64,000 nt of DNA. It comes from a bacterium (GTDB lineage: Bacteria > JAMCPX01). Under the pieces are notes generated by a model. The model searched no databases and had not been told where the DNA came from. It worked only from the letters and a program-made list of their open reading frames with translations. The DNA lies in assembly GCA_037439545.1 (NCBI GenBank), contig JBBIVV010000004.1, forward strand, positions 1-64,000, written 5' to 3'. The translations under genes were made by a program, and so were the position numbers. Shown here piece by piece: positions 50,532 to 60,821 of the stretch (position 1 is the stretch's first letter; each line of letters starts with the position of its first letter).

Positions 50532-51182
50532 TTACGCCGCCGTTCCTATCAGTATCCATGACACATGGTGATGAGGTTCACCGGTTGAGCGCGGTTCGGT
50601 GTATTTCTGTTCGAAAAGCTCTTTAATCGCGAGGAACCCGAAGTCCTTCCTTAGCTCCTCCTGTGTACAGAAATGAAGGTATTTTTCGTCCTTAAAAGAG
50701 TTTTCTTCTCCGTCAACCCGAACGCCTTTGCCGTAGTGCTCGGGGTCGTTCGTGGAGAGCGCGGCAAGAAACAGCAGTCCTCCCGGCGCTACTATTTTCT
50801 TAACCCTGTCTCTGAATACTTTCCTTTCATGCAGATCCAGGATCTGGTATACATTTGAAGCAAAAACAATATCATATTTGTCTCCGCCCAATGATTTAAA
50901 ATCAATGGATTGGAATCCGATATTCTGCCTTCCGGTTTTTATGACCGTGTTCATTGCAATCTCTATTGCCTTTTCAGAGAGATCTATTCCGAGAACAGTA
51001 CATTTAAGATTGTCTGAAAGATAAAATGCGTCCCTGCCATACCCGCACCCGATGTCCAGTACGGTATGACTTACCCTGTGCAACTTGCTTTTTTTAAGAT
51101 ATCTTACAGCCGCTCCTGCAAGCTCCCCGGGGTTCTCTCCCCATATCCGGCCCGATTTTTCGTAAACCTTATTCCACGACAT
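50532..51182 (-). CDS. Class I SAM-dependent methyltransferase
   Basis: VLDIGCGYGRD, GIDLSE, PGG; AAGGAG RBS. Confidence 0.88.
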   Translation of the reverse strand: MSWNKVYEKSGRIWGENPGELAGAAVRYLKKSKLHRVSHTVLDIGCGYGRDAFYLSDNLKCTVLGIDLSEKAIEIAMNTVIKTGRQNIGFQSIDFKSLGGDKYDIVFASNVYQILDLHERKVFRDRVKKIVAPGGLLFLAALSTNDPEHYGKGVRVDGEENSFKDEKYLHFCTQEELRKDFGFLAIKELFEQKYTEPRSTGEPHHHVSWILIGTAA

Positions 51183-51406
51183 CACGCTCTCCTTCATGCT
51201 CACTGGTATATGTTATCCAATATAAATATTGATTTATTCCATTATTCCAGTGTACCATACCGACGAAAGGAGGACAATACATATCCGGTCAAAACCGGTA
51301 TAGTTGCATCTCCAAATCCCGTAATCAGGGACCGGGGGATGTCTTTGTCGGTTTTCCTGCTTTCTCGATCTCTTTATAAACAGTCACATTGTATTATGGA
51401 AAAATA

Positions 51407-51967
51407 ATGGAACTATTCAAGCAATTGTATTACTGGTTTGATCTTGCAATAGGGTTTGGAACACCGGCCGTACTTTTTGCTTTCTACCGGAAAAGCAAAA
51501 TTAGCCGCTACATCTGGGTACTTTTCTGGATCGGTGTGTGTCTGGGCATAACATGGGAAGTCCCGATCTTTCTCATGAGTACACTGTCCCGCACGCCTCT
51601 CATCACATGGATCCGCCCCTTCCCGGTACACTATCTTTGGTTCCTGATATCTCACCTCTTCTGGGACGGCGGTTTGTTCCTCCCGGGTGTCGTGTTCGTG
51701 TACGCTCTGCGCCATGCACATTATTTTTCAAAGTTCAATTTCGGCGAAATGATAGTGCTGCTGGTTTATGGACAGGTATCGGAACTGCTGGTTGAGATAT
51801 CGAGCACCATGAACGACGGCTGGGTATATATTGACCGTTATTGGTGGAACCCTGTGCTGTTCAACTGCAACCATCATCCGATTACCCTGCTGCCGCAGCT
51901 TATATGGCTTATAGCGCCGGCGATATTTTACGTTATCGCCCTTCGTCTGAAGCAGGTGAGTGTCTGA
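51407..51967 (+). CDS. Hypothetical membrane protein
   Basis: Multiple TM helices; G.TWE and WDGG motifs. Confidence 0.6.
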   Translation: MELFKQLYYWFDLAIGFGTPAVLFAFYRKSKISRYIWVLFWIGVCLGITWEVPIFLMSTLSRTPLITWIRPFPVHYLWFLISHLFWDGGLFLPGVVFVYALRHAHYFSKFNFGEMIVLLVYGQVSELLVEISSTMNDGWVYIDRYWWNPVLFNCNHHPITLLPQLIWLIAPAIFYVIALRLKQVSV

Positions 51968-52118
51968 GCATAATTCAGACGTGGAATAGGCTCGGTATTT
52001 TAAATTAATACTTATCTGTAGACATAAAACACCGCGTACAGCTTTATACCAATTCCTCTGTTTTTACGAAACATAATCTGTATATTGAACTGGGGAGAAT
52101 GAAATGCGGAATGAATTA

Positions 52119-52334
52119 TCAGGCACTTTCCCATTGCAATAACAGTTTTTTATGTGAAGCAGCACAATCACGCAAGTAGAAGTTAATGAGCGTTTGGTAC
52201 GGAATGCCTGAATTTTGAGCAAGTTCTTTGAAATATTTTATCGTCATATCATCCATACGAATGGTGACTTGGCGTTTGAGCCTGCTTGCATATGGGTTTT
52301 TTTGTGCCTTTGAAAAATTGTATTCTTTTCTCAT
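52119..52334 (-). CDS. BrnA/CopG-like antitoxin
   Basis: MRKEYNFS..KNPY..VTIR...YFK...GIPYQTLIN.YL. Confidence 0.85.
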   Translation of the reverse strand: MRKEYNFSKAQKNPYASRLKRQVTIRMDDMTIKYFKELAQNSGIPYQTLINFYLRDCAASHKKLLLQWESA

Positions 52335-52456
52335 TTTTCCCACCTCCTCCGGTATTGTTTCTGCTCTGAGCGGGTTGCTTTCCGAGCAGAGACAATTCTG
52401 ATTATTTCATCATCTTTACGATAGCAGTGACAAACCAGAAGAAAAATCCGGCAGTA
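52331..52456 (-). pseudogene. 5'-truncated BrnT toxin
   Basis: LLVCHCYRKDDEIIRIVSARKATRSE C-terminus with its stop overlapping the antitoxin ATG; in-frame TAA immediately upstream and no start. Confidence 0.8.
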
Positions 52457-52467
52457 TTATAACGGGC

Positions 52468-52947
52468 TCAGGGGGCCGGGTGTGTCAGTTTTTCTATCAA
52501 CTCACGGTGTTCCGGGAATTTTTCCGATAAAGCTTTGCGGTTACCAAGCTCAAAATACTTGTATTCGAAGGGCGGTTCGCAAGAGCAGGTTACCAGGGAA
52601 AAAGAGCCTTGGTTTGCTACCTCTGCAGCAAACCATTTCCCGGGCGGAACGGTAAAGCGGGGGTTTGCGGGATTTAATTCAATCTTTGTCAGTCCTCCTC
52701 TTTCATCATAGTCAAGGACGTAGAGATATACGGGACTGTTCCCGGTCTCTTCTGTTACAAATGTCCATGTTTCTTTGACCGCTACCCGGTGAAAAGCTGA
52801 AAAACCATGACCCTGTTCCATGAGGTAGTAAATGTTAGTTGTTTTATCGTCTCTGAAGTTTTCCCAAAAACAACCTCCTTCGTTCTGGAGAGGACGAAGA
52901 TGATAACGATCTTTCAATATGTCTGTCTGTGCGGGTTGTTCTTTCAT
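52468..52947 (-). CDS. Cupin domain protein (DUF985/cupin_5)
   Basis: L.P..EGG.F, IYYL, SAFHRV, VPPGKWFAA, FSLV.C...P.F. Confidence 0.85.
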   Translation of the reverse strand: MKEQPAQTDILKDRYHLRPLQNEGGCFWENFRDDKTTNIYYLMEQGHGFSAFHRVAVKETWTFVTEETGNSPVYLYVLDYDERGGLTKIELNPANPRFTVPPGKWFAAEVANQGSFSLVTCSCEPPFEYKYFELGNRKALSEKFPEHRELIEKLTHPAP

Positions 52948-52992
52948 GAAAATTCTTTTACCAGACCCCATAAAAAAGGACAAGGGGAAAGA

Positions 52993-53148
52993 GTTATGAT
53001 TATGGCGGCGGCATTGAATTTTATCGGTGCTTACTTGAGCACAAAAGTCGCACAGACAACCGGCAGTGACATAGCAGCACCCAAGCACCTGAGCCAGCGT
53101 GCGATCTTTTCGGCCATGCGTGCTGCTTTTATGTGGTCTGTTATTGCG
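52993..53148 (+). pseudogene. Fragment of an inorganic phosphate transporter (PiT/PHO4)
   Basis: MAAALNFIGAYLSTKVAQT.G.DI...AIFSAM.AA.MW resembles the PiT N-terminal TM region; flanking sequence does not. Confidence 0.55.
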
Positions 53149-53199
53149 GTCCTGCGCTTATTGCACGAACTTCTCCATTTTACCTATGCGTTCTTCGGG

Positions 53200-55440
53200 T
53201 TAGTGGAGCATGCGCCTGAACCAGTCTATGACACTGTTTATTGCACCCTGCTTCGGCTCTGTCCCCGCTATAAAAGCTCCTGTGACACAGTTCGTAACGC
53301 CTTTCCCCGCCAAACCCGTGTGCCGGTCAACGCACGCAAATTTTATACCCGGAGGTATGTCAAATTTTCTTCCTCCATGCATATCCGTATACATTTCGAG
53401 GAACCTGCCGATGACCGGGAGCGCTATCTGTGCAGCAGGGCTTCCTATTGCGTTTTCCTCGTCATACCCGAGCCAATCAACAGCAACCACATCAGGCGTG
53501 TACCCTGCAAACCATACGTCCCTGAAATCGTTCGTCGTTCCTGTTTTACCCGCGTAATCGCCTGCTATATGAAACTCCCGTAAGCCGCGCGCAGTGCCCT
53601 CTGTCGTACTTCCGAGCAGTATATTGTTCACGACATAGCAGCCTTGTGCAGTTCCTTGCGATTTAAATTCCAGATCAGCTTTATAAATAATCGTGTCCTG
53701 CATATCGGTAATCGTTTTTATGCTTACCGGTACCTGCGGCTCATTCCCGTTGTTTGAAAAGATGGTATACGCGAGAGCGAGGCTCAGGGGTGAGGTCGTT
53801 ATGCTGCCCAGTGCAAGGGACGGGAATGAAGGTATATCCGCACCGAATCCAAGCTGTTCCAGCAGCTCCGAGTTTTTGTCAAGACCTGTTTGCATGGCTA
53901 CCTTTACTGCCGGTATATTGATTGAATGCTGGAGCGCATAGCGTGCGGTAATCGATCCCCTGAATCGCTTGTCATAGTTCTGCGGCTCCCACTCTCCTGC
54001 CCCGGATTTTATCCTGAGCATCGCATCTTCAAGTGTAGAGACCTGGGAAAACCCCTGCTTCGCCCTGCTCTCCAATGCAAGCATGTAGATAAACGGCTTG
54101 ACACACGAGCCTATTTGTCTCCTGGACATGACGGCCCTGTTAAACTGGCTCGTGTTGTAATCCCTTCCGCCTATCATCGCAAGAACATATCCTGTCTGCG
54201 GCTGCAGGATAACCATGGCACCCTGCAGTTCTGCAGGTGCTTTATCCATTGCCTGTTCTGCCATGAGCTGTGTATCCATATCAATGGTGGTAAAGATCCT
54301 CAGGCCGTCCCTTGTTAAAAGTTCTTTTGAAAACCGCTCCTTGAGCTGATCTGATACATAATCCACGAAATACGGTGCTGATTTCACCGTTATGTGGGAC
54401 AGCTTAATATCCAGCGGTTCTGTTGCAGCCCGGTCATAGGTGTCCTGCGTAATGACCTGATACTTCAGCATCTTCGAAAGTACCATATTCCTTCTCTTGA
54501 GTGCATCCCCGGGGTTGTATATCGGTGAATATCTCATCGGCGATGCGATCAGGCCTGCCAGCATGGCGCTCTGAGTAAGGCTGAGCTGTCCTAAAGATTC
54601 CGAGTAATAATACCGGGCGGCAGCACCCATGCCTACTATGCTTACGTGGCCGTCCTGGCCAAGATAAATATCGTTTAAGTATGCGTTCAGTATCTGTGCC
54701 TTTGTAAACTTCTGCGCTATCATGATTGCCATAACTGCTTCTGTTATTTTGCGCCTGAAGGTCCGCCTGTTACTGAGAAACAGTATCTTTACCAGCTGCT
54801 GGGTTATCGTACTCCCGCCCTGTCTTATGCTCATGGAAAGAATGTCCGCAAGCATTGCCCTGAAAATGCCGTTTATATCTATGGGCCCGTGCTCGAAGAA
54901 CCTCGCATCCTCGGTAACAATGACTGCATTGATAACGTCATCCGGTATGGATGAAAGGCTTGCCGGTACCCTCATCTTAAAATCATCGCCGAAAAAGACC
55001 GCGAGCTGTTCCGGTTCGAGCTCAAGGCTGTCCAGAGGCTTGCCGCCGGAAGTGCTTATCTCCGTTATCTTATTGTCCGACAACTCAACCACAGCCTGCA
55101 CGGATTGTAGTGTATAAAAAGGCAGGTTGAATGTTTTTGTGTCTATGGAAACCCTGTTATCAGACACTTCATACGTGCCCTGCGATGAAGGTGCGTTTCC
55201 TGTTTCGGTGTAACCAAGCCTTCCCAGTTTATCGATGAGCATGTCCCTGCTCATCCCCATGCCCTTTTTCAGGTAAGCTACATCGGAATACACGATGGAT
55301 GGAGACGGGAAGCCCCTTGACAGGAAAAGGCCTGTTATCTTTGTATAAAGTATTCCCAGGTAAATGATGAGAACGACAACCAGGAGGCCTGCTGTCAGAG
55401 AAGCGAAACGAAAAATTCTTTTTCTGGTCCTTTTCTTCAC
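53200..55440 (-). CDS. mrcB: Class A penicillin-binding protein (PBP1b-like)
   Basis: TM plus UB2H-like region; EDARF..H, GGSTITQQ, RK..E (GT); SCVK, SIN, KTG (TP). Confidence 0.85.
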   Translation of the reverse strand: MKKRTRKRIFRFASLTAGLLVVVLIIYLGILYTKITGLFLSRGFPSPSIVYSDVAYLKKGMGMSRDMLIDKLGRLGYTETGNAPSSQGTYEVSDNRVSIDTKTFNLPFYTLQSVQAVVELSDNKITEISTSGGKPLDSLELEPEQLAVFFGDDFKMRVPASLSSIPDDVINAVIVTEDARFFEHGPIDINGIFRAMLADILSMSIRQGGSTITQQLVKILFLSNRRTFRRKITEAVMAIMIAQKFTKAQILNAYLNDIYLGQDGHVSIVGMGAAARYYYSESLGQLSLTQSAMLAGLIASPMRYSPIYNPGDALKRRNMVLSKMLKYQVITQDTYDRAATEPLDIKLSHITVKSAPYFVDYVSDQLKERFSKELLTRDGLRIFTTIDMDTQLMAEQAMDKAPAELQGAMVILQPQTGYVLAMIGGRDYNTSQFNRAVMSRRQIGSCVKPFIYMLALESRAKQGFSQVSTLEDAMLRIKSGAGEWEPQNYDKRFRGSITARYALQHSINIPAVKVAMQTGLDKNSELLEQLGFGADIPSFPSLALGSITTSPLSLALAYTIFSNNGNEPQVPVSIKTITDMQDTIIYKADLEFKSQGTAQGCYVVNNILLGSTTEGTARGLREFHIAGDYAGKTGTTNDFRDVWFAGYTPDVVAVDWLGYDEENAIGSPAAQIALPVIGRFLEMYTDMHGGRKFDIPPGIKFACVDRHTGLAGKGVTNCVTGAFIAGTEPKQGAINSVIDWFRRMLH

Positions 55441-56369
55441 TTTACGACTAACTGCCGGTACTGCTCAAAGCCTTGTTCCGGTCTGGTCTTAAACCTGTTG
55501 TGCACCCAGAACCACTGCGCGGGCATGCTTTTTATGTGACGTTCGATCACATCCGTAAAATACTGCGTCCATTTTATCAGCGCCTGTTCCCTGTTTTTTT
55601 CGTCCGTTGGTATGATGGGCTTTTCATACCTTATGATGTAGCCCTTACGCACGGGGTTCTTTATGACATATCCCGGTACCACGGCTGCCCCTGTTTTTAT
55701 CGCCATAAGTGCCATTGCATACTGCGTTGCCGCAGGCCTTCCGAAAAAGTTTACAAACACGGCCTCGTGTTTCAGCGTGTTCTGATCCAGCAGCATTGCA
55801 ATGGTCTTACCCTGTTTCAGTGCACGCATCAGCCTGAACACCGCGTTTCTCGGCCTCACTACCTCTATGCCCGAACTCGTTCGTAATGCCTTTATATACT
55901 TGTCTATGTACGGATTATGGATGTCCTTTGCAACTGCAACAAGCCCGTTGTTTTTTATGCTGTGCGCAGCAGCGGCGAATTCCCAGTTTCCCAGATGGCT
56001 TGTAAGCAAAAACACCCCCTTGCCTCTTGCCTTTGCCTGCTCATAGTATTCCGTACATTGGAATTCAAACAATTCCTGCGTATTTGATATATTGAATTTC
56101 CCTATGCGGGGGAAGGTCATGAATGTGGTGATTATATTTTTATAGCTCTCTTTGACAATCCGCGTTCTTTCGTCAATGCTCATTTCCGGGAACGCATACC
56201 CGATGTTCGTATGGGCTATGCTTCTGTGCTTCCTGTCGATGGAATACCACAGGGAACCGACCCGTTCAGAAATTACGCTTATGGTAGTATCCGAAAGACT
56301 ATTGAAAAAAAATATTATGCTGCGCAGGAACACATACTCGATCCTGTATCTAATCTTTTTTAGCATCAC
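55437..56369 (-). CDS. lpxL: Lipid A acyltransferase (LpxL/HtrB family)
   Basis: HLGNWE, LLDQ, FFG, P.QWFWVH.RFKT. Confidence 0.8.
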   Translation of the reverse strand: MMLKKIRYRIEYVFLRSIIFFFNSLSDTTISVISERVGSLWYSIDRKHRSIAHTNIGYAFPEMSIDERTRIVKESYKNIITTFMTFPRIGKFNISNTQELFEFQCTEYYEQAKARGKGVFLLTSHLGNWEFAAAAHSIKNNGLVAVAKDIHNPYIDKYIKALRTSSGIEVVRPRNAVFRLMRALKQGKTIAMLLDQNTLKHEAVFVNFFGRPAATQYAMALMAIKTGAAVVPGYVIKNPVRKGYIIRYEKPIIPTDEKNREQALIKWTQYFTDVIERHIKSMPAQWFWVHNRFKTRPEQGFEQYRQLVVK

Positions 56370-57403
56370 ATCATACCTTTTTTACTTAATACTTCCTTTA
56401 CTGTTTTCCCGTCCATACTGAGTGCTATGTCTGCGAAAAGCCACGCGGTGTGTGCGTCCCTGACAATACCTTTTATCTTTACCGCATCCTTGGCAGTTAC
56501 GATCACCGCGTCCGCTTTATACCTGTTCACCATGTCCCTGAGCACGTATTCGTCATAGGTATAATGGTCGGGTTTCGCTATGCATTGCACGGGTTTTATT
56601 CCGATCGCCGACAGCGCATCGAAAAATTGCTCCGGGAATACGATACCTGCCATTGCAATGCTTTTTTTATACTGTAAACCTTTTATGTCCACCGGCTCGT
56701 TTCTATCAATAGATTTTATAGCATCCATTGTATAGTAAAATGAAAATGTTTTGTCCTGTAGGTGGAACCGGTCCAAAACAGGCAGGAGTCCGGAGGTGCC
56801 GCCCTTTACACCGATGACATCGGCATACAGTAGTGAACGAACATGCTCCCTGAGAGGACCAGCCGGAAGCACATGGCGATTCCCGAATCCTTTGTTCCCG
56901 TCAATGAGTAAAATCTCCATGTCCCTTTGGACCTGCAGGTGGGAAAACCCGTCGTCCAGTATGATGATGTCCGGCCGGTAATGTTCATCAATAAACCGCA
57001 CTGCTTCTGTTTTGTGTGCAGAAACTGCAACAATTGCATGCCTGGCTGACAGTGCTATAAGATACGGCTCATCGCCGCAGGTTTCGGGAGTACATAAAAG
57101 GTTTGTTCCGTCTGAGACCAGCACCACGCCCCTTACTTTCGCTTTATATCCCCTTGCGACAACGCCGATCTTTTTTGATTTGAGCAGAGAGCACAGGTGT
57201 ATGACCATAGGTGTTTTGCCTGTACCGCCCATCGTAAGGTTTCCAACGGATATAACCTGTGCCCGCGGCCTATAAGATTTTATGAAACCCTTTTTATAAA
57301 GTATTCTCCTGAACAGGATGATATACTGAAAAAAAAACGATACTATGATGAGTGGAAACAGGAGAGCGTCAGGTAAAAGCCCCTTTTTATAAAAGAATTT
57401 CAT
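56366..57403 (-). CDS. lpxK: Tetraacyldisaccharide 4'-kinase
   Basis: VGNLTMGGTGKTP, RGY, GDEP, LDDGFSH, LPAGPLRE, DH, TAKDAVK. Confidence 0.95.
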   Translation of the reverse strand: MKFFYKKGLLPDALLFPLIIVSFFFQYIILFRRILYKKGFIKSYRPRAQVISVGNLTMGGTGKTPMVIHLCSLLKSKKIGVVARGYKAKVRGVVLVSDGTNLLCTPETCGDEPYLIALSARHAIVAVSAHKTEAVRFIDEHYRPDIIILDDGFSHLQVQRDMEILLIDGNKGFGNRHVLPAGPLREHVRSLLYADVIGVKGGTSGLLPVLDRFHLQDKTFSFYYTMDAIKSIDRNEPVDIKGLQYKKSIAMAGIVFPEQFFDALSAIGIKPVQCIAKPDHYTYDEYVLRDMVNRYKADAVIVTAKDAVKIKGIVRDAHTAWLFADIALSMDGKTVKEVLSKKGMM

Positions 57404-57419
57404 TTATAAAAGAATCTTG

Positions 57420-57857
57420 TCAGGGTGCATAGAATGTAACAAGCAGTATCTGTTTTCCATCCGCCGTATTTATATAAAAGGCCACCTGTTTGTCGTGCCT
57501 GAGCATCTCGGCGATATATCTCGTGAATTTAACCTCATACCCTCCGTACCTTCCGATAGAGCCGCCTTTGTTTATAACCTGTATTGTCCCTTTGTAGGCT
57601 GTTCCATCCTGCGTGTCGATTTCTACATTATAGGTTTTCCCGGGAACAACCATCTCGCTGAAAGGGTCCTCCAGCACTTTACCTTCCCAGAGGGACCTGC
57701 CCCCTTCCGGAGGTATCAGGTTTACGGAAAATGCATCCCGCTGTTCCCTGAGCACTGCATAGCGTTCGCTCATTATTTGGTTGTCGCCGATGTTGTTGCT
57801 TCCGGCTGCACACGAGGTTGCGAATATTATAAGGATTAAGAAGAGTAATTTTTTCAT
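57420..57857 (-). CDS. Hypothetical lipoprotein
   Basis: MKKLLFLILIIFATSC signal; overlaps the mtnP stop. Confidence 0.65.
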   Translation of the reverse strand: MKKLLFLILIIFATSCAAGSNNIGDNQIMSERYAVLREQRDAFSVNLIPPEGGRSLWEGKVLEDPFSEMVVPGKTYNVEIDTQDGTAYKGTIQVINKGGSIGRYGGYEVKFTRYIAEMLRHDKQVAFYINTADGKQILLVTFYAP

Positions 57858-58729
57858 TTTATATACCCCTTGATTATATGTTTTAATGAGTTTTTCGTTT
57901 TTTGCGGTAGAGCGTCCGTCGAGGTTAAAAAACTGTTCTTCAGGGCATGCGCACATGCACAACCCCTTTCCTCTTCGATACCGGGCAAAGCAGTCATTAT
58001 TATATCCTTTGCATTCAGTACATTCCTCTTCATTATTTCAACCACATCTCCCGCGTCGACATCCTTCATGCCTTCATACCAGCAATCGTAATCCGTTGCC
58101 ATGGCCAGGGTCGCATAACATATCTCCGCTTCCCGTGCGAGTTTTGCTTCAGGCATGTTCGTCATGCCGATGACATCCACTCCCCACTGCCTGTATACTT
58201 TTGATTCAGCCCTCGATGAAAACTGCGGCCCTTCCATGCAGAGGTACGTGCCGCCTTTATGAATAACCTTATTTTTGTTCTTTCCCGCTGTGTACAGCAT
58301 GTCCGATAAAACAGGACATACCGGGTCTGCCATTGATACATGTGCGACAATGCCTTTCCCGAAAAATGTTGAAGCCCTGTGTTTCGTCAGATCTATAAAT
58401 TGATCCGGTACGACGATGTCACCCGGTTTTATCTGCTCTTTCATGCTGCCGACCGCGCTCACCGAAATGATCCTTTGCACTCCAAGCATCTTCATGCCGT
58501 AGATGTTTGCCCTAAAATTTATCTCGCCCGGCGGTATGCGGTGTCCTCTCCCGTGCCTGGATAAAAATATGACCGTCGTATCGTGTATAGTGCCTGTCAG
58601 ATAGGCGTCCGACGGCCTGCCAAAGGGTGTAACGAGCTTTTTCTCTTTTATCTTTGTTAAGCCTTCTATTGAGTATAATCCGCTGCCACCGATAATACCG
58701 ATAATTTTCCGCCTGTTTTTTTCTTCCAT
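57854..58729 (-). CDS. mtnP: S-methyl-5'-thioadenosine phosphorylase
   Basis: GIIGGSG, TPFG.PSD, RHG.GH, EGPQFSSRAES, IGMT..PEA.LARE, TDYD. Confidence 0.93.
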   Translation of the reverse strand: MEEKNRRKIIGIIGGSGLYSIEGLTKIKEKKLVTPFGRPSDAYLTGTIHDTTVIFLSRHGRGHRIPPGEINFRANIYGMKMLGVQRIISVSAVGSMKEQIKPGDIVVPDQFIDLTKHRASTFFGKGIVAHVSMADPVCPVLSDMLYTAGKNKNKVIHKGGTYLCMEGPQFSSRAESKVYRQWGVDVIGMTNMPEAKLAREAEICYATLAMATDYDCWYEGMKDVDAGDVVEIMKRNVLNAKDIIMTALPGIEEERGCACAHALKNSFLTSTDALPQKTKNSLKHIIKGYIK

Positions 58730-58860
58730 GTCTCCTCCGCGTCTTTCAGAGATATTTATCCTATTTTTTTTACATTGCAACCATTTTAAATTTCTTTCCG
58801 CTGCATTGCTTGTTGTATTTTTTAATATATGCTATAAATTAAAGAGTAAAGGGGGTGTCT

Positions 58861-59082
58861 ATGGAAAAGAATGTCGGTTCAACGGATAAACTCATACGAT
58901 GGATCGTCGGTCTGGGGTTACTATCTATGATTTTCTGGGTAAACGGGTCATGGCGATGGATAGGATTAATCGGTTTTGTTCCCATACTTACCGGCAGTAT
59001 AAATTTCTGTCCGCTGTACAGCATCATCGGTATTTCAACGGCAAAAAAGCAGGATCAGCCGAAACCGGAAGAGAAAAAGTAG
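58861..59082 (+). CDS. DUF2892 (YgaP-like) membrane protein
   Basis: NVG..D..IR...G; LTG...FCPLY...GIST. Confidence 0.88.
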   Translation: MEKNVGSTDKLIRWIVGLGLLSMIFWVNGSWRWIGLIGFVPILTGSINFCPLYSIIGISTAKKQDQPKPEEKK

Positions 59083-59084
59083 GC

Positions 59085-59169
59085 GTAAGCCCCGTGAGAA
59101 GCGACTCAGGTCAGAGTCGGCACTTTCATTGAGATAAATAGTAACAGGAAGTTAAACTTCTCACGGGGC
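59085..59169 (+). repeat. Short terminal-inverted-repeat element (copy 2)
   Basis: Perfect 13-bp IR GCCCCGTGAGAAG/CTTCTCACGGGGC; internal hairpin CGACTC-AGGTCA-GAGTCG. Confidence 0.65.
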
Positions 59170-59198
59170 GGCGGAAGAATATAAAGTTGTACCTTTTT

Positions 59199-59702
59199 TT
59201 AAAACTTTATAAATCTATCCCTTTTTGCACCGCATATAGGGCACACGTCCGGAGAATCGCCTTCTACGGTGTACCCGCAGAGATCGCATATATATAAGTC
59301 TTTTATCTGTATGTCTTTTCCCTGTTCTGCGGACAGTTTTGCCTGCGTGTACATGTCTTCGTGTATTTTTTCCGCTTCAAGAGCATAGTTGGTCGTTCTT
59401 ACGGCTGATTGTTCATTCTGGAGCTGGGCAACTGCCTTGAATGCCGGATACATGTCTTCCACTTCGTACGTCTCGCCGTTAATGGCGACCTGTAAATTTT
59501 TTATGGAATCGTTGATCTCTCCCAGTACCCTGTAATGATTTGTCGCGTGTACCTGTTCTGCGAACGATATTGCCTTAAACAGTCTTGCAAGGTTGGGCTT
59601 TTTTTCTTTTTCCGCCCTTTCTGAAAATATAAGGTATCTCATATGTGCCTGGGATTCTCCGGCGAACGCTTCCCTTAAATTTTGCTCTGTCATTTTTTTC
59701 AT
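59199..59702 (-). CDS. rbr: Rubrerythrin
   Basis: AFAGESQA, EQVH, GETYE, EKIH; C-terminal CDLCG...CPICG. Confidence 0.93.
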   Translation of the reverse strand: MKKMTEQNLREAFAGESQAHMRYLIFSERAEKEKKPNLARLFKAISFAEQVHATNHYRVLGEINDSIKNLQVAINGETYEVEDMYPAFKAVAQLQNEQSAVRTTNYALEAEKIHEDMYTQAKLSAEQGKDIQIKDLYICDLCGYTVEGDSPDVCPICGAKRDRFIKF

Positions 59703-59726
59703 GATTCTTCTCCGTTTCGAGTTTGA

Positions 59727-60821
59727 TTACATTCTCATCGGCATAATCAAATTAAGGTGTTTTCTATTGTCATCGCCAAAAAATGTACTGGCGCTTTGTT
59801 CGTTATTGAGTCCTATCGATAAAAATTCTCCTTCTATTGCATTGAGACTGTCGATAAGGTATCTGCCGTTGAATCCTATCTTGAGCGGTTTTCCGCTGTA
59901 TTCTATTTCCAGTTCTTCCTTTACCTCTCCTATGTCCGGCTCATTACTTTCTATGGTGAGTATGTTTTTATCAATATTAAAAATGACCCTTGATATTTTT
60001 TCCTGGTATATTGACTGGGCTCTTTTTATTGCAGATACGAGAGTGTCTTTCTTTATTTTTATATTTATTTTTGTTTCGGCAGGTATGACTGCTTTATAAT
60101 CGGGAAAATCATAATCAAGCAGTCTTATCTGAATGGTCGTGTTCCCATTTTTCACTATAAAATTCTTGTTTTTTTCTATGGCTATTTTTACTTCACTTTC
60201 ACCGCTTATTTTTTTTATTTCAAAGAGGCCTTTCCTCGGTATGATAATTCCTTTTGTCATACCTTCAATTGTATTTATTTCTCCATAATCGTATAATGAA
60301 AGTCTATGGCTGTCTGTTGCGATACATCTCAAACAATCCGGCATTTTTTCTATATATACTCCGTTTAAACTATATTTTACTTCATCTGTTGATGTCGAGT
60401 ATATTGTTTTATCAATCATTTTTATCAATTGCTCGTAGGATATTGTCGTATATCCGCTTTTATATTCTTCTACCTTTGGAAAATCTTCTGCCTGTAAGAC
60501 TTTTAATTTTCCGGATATTTTTCCTACGTTTATTTGCAAAAATCCATCTTCTTTTTTTATACTTATATCACTCTCCGGAAGTTCCTTTATATAATCATAA
60601 AACTTTTTTGCAGGTACTGCTACCTGCCCTTCTTTTATTACCGTACACGAAAGGCTCGTTATTATCGTTACCTCTAAGTCTGTCGCAATAATAGTTAATG
60701 CACTGTTTTCTGCTTTTAAGAGTATATTGGAGAGTATAGGCATTGTTGCCTTTCTCTCTGTTGCACCTATAGCTTTACTTATCTCTAATAATAAATTTCT
60801 TTTATCTATACTGATTTCCAT
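59727..60821 (-). CDS. dnaN: DNA polymerase III beta sliding clamp
   Basis: PILSNILL, ATDLE, ATDSHRL, IIPRK, FPDY, IGFN, LIMPMR. Confidence 0.97.
   Translation of the reverse strand: MEISIDKRNLLLEISKAIGATERKATMPILSNILLKAENSALTIIATDLEVTIITSLSCTVIKEGQVAVPAKKFYDYIKELPESDISIKKEDGFLQINVGKISGKLKVLQAEDFPKVEEYKSGYTTISYEQLIKMIDKTIYSTSTDEVKYSLNGVYIEKMPDCLRCIATDSHRLSLYDYGEINTIEGMTKGIIIPRKGLFEIKKISGESEVKIAIEKNKNFIVKNGNTTIQIRLLDYDFPDYKAVIPAETKINIKIKKDTLVSAIKRAQSIYQEKISRVIFNIDKNILTIESNEPDIGEVKEELEIEYSGKPLKIGFNGRYLIDSLNAIEGEFLSIGLNNEQSASTFFGDDNRKHLNLIMPMRM

Noticed and set aside
51267..51378. Strong AAGGAGG followed by ATA and two small hairpins
   Set aside because: No ATG, short frame and no recognisable family; insufficient support for a gene or ncRNA
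52807..53583. 258 aa plus-strand ORF
   Set aside because: Overlaps cupin and mrcB antisense; only the short PiT-like segment looks protein-derived
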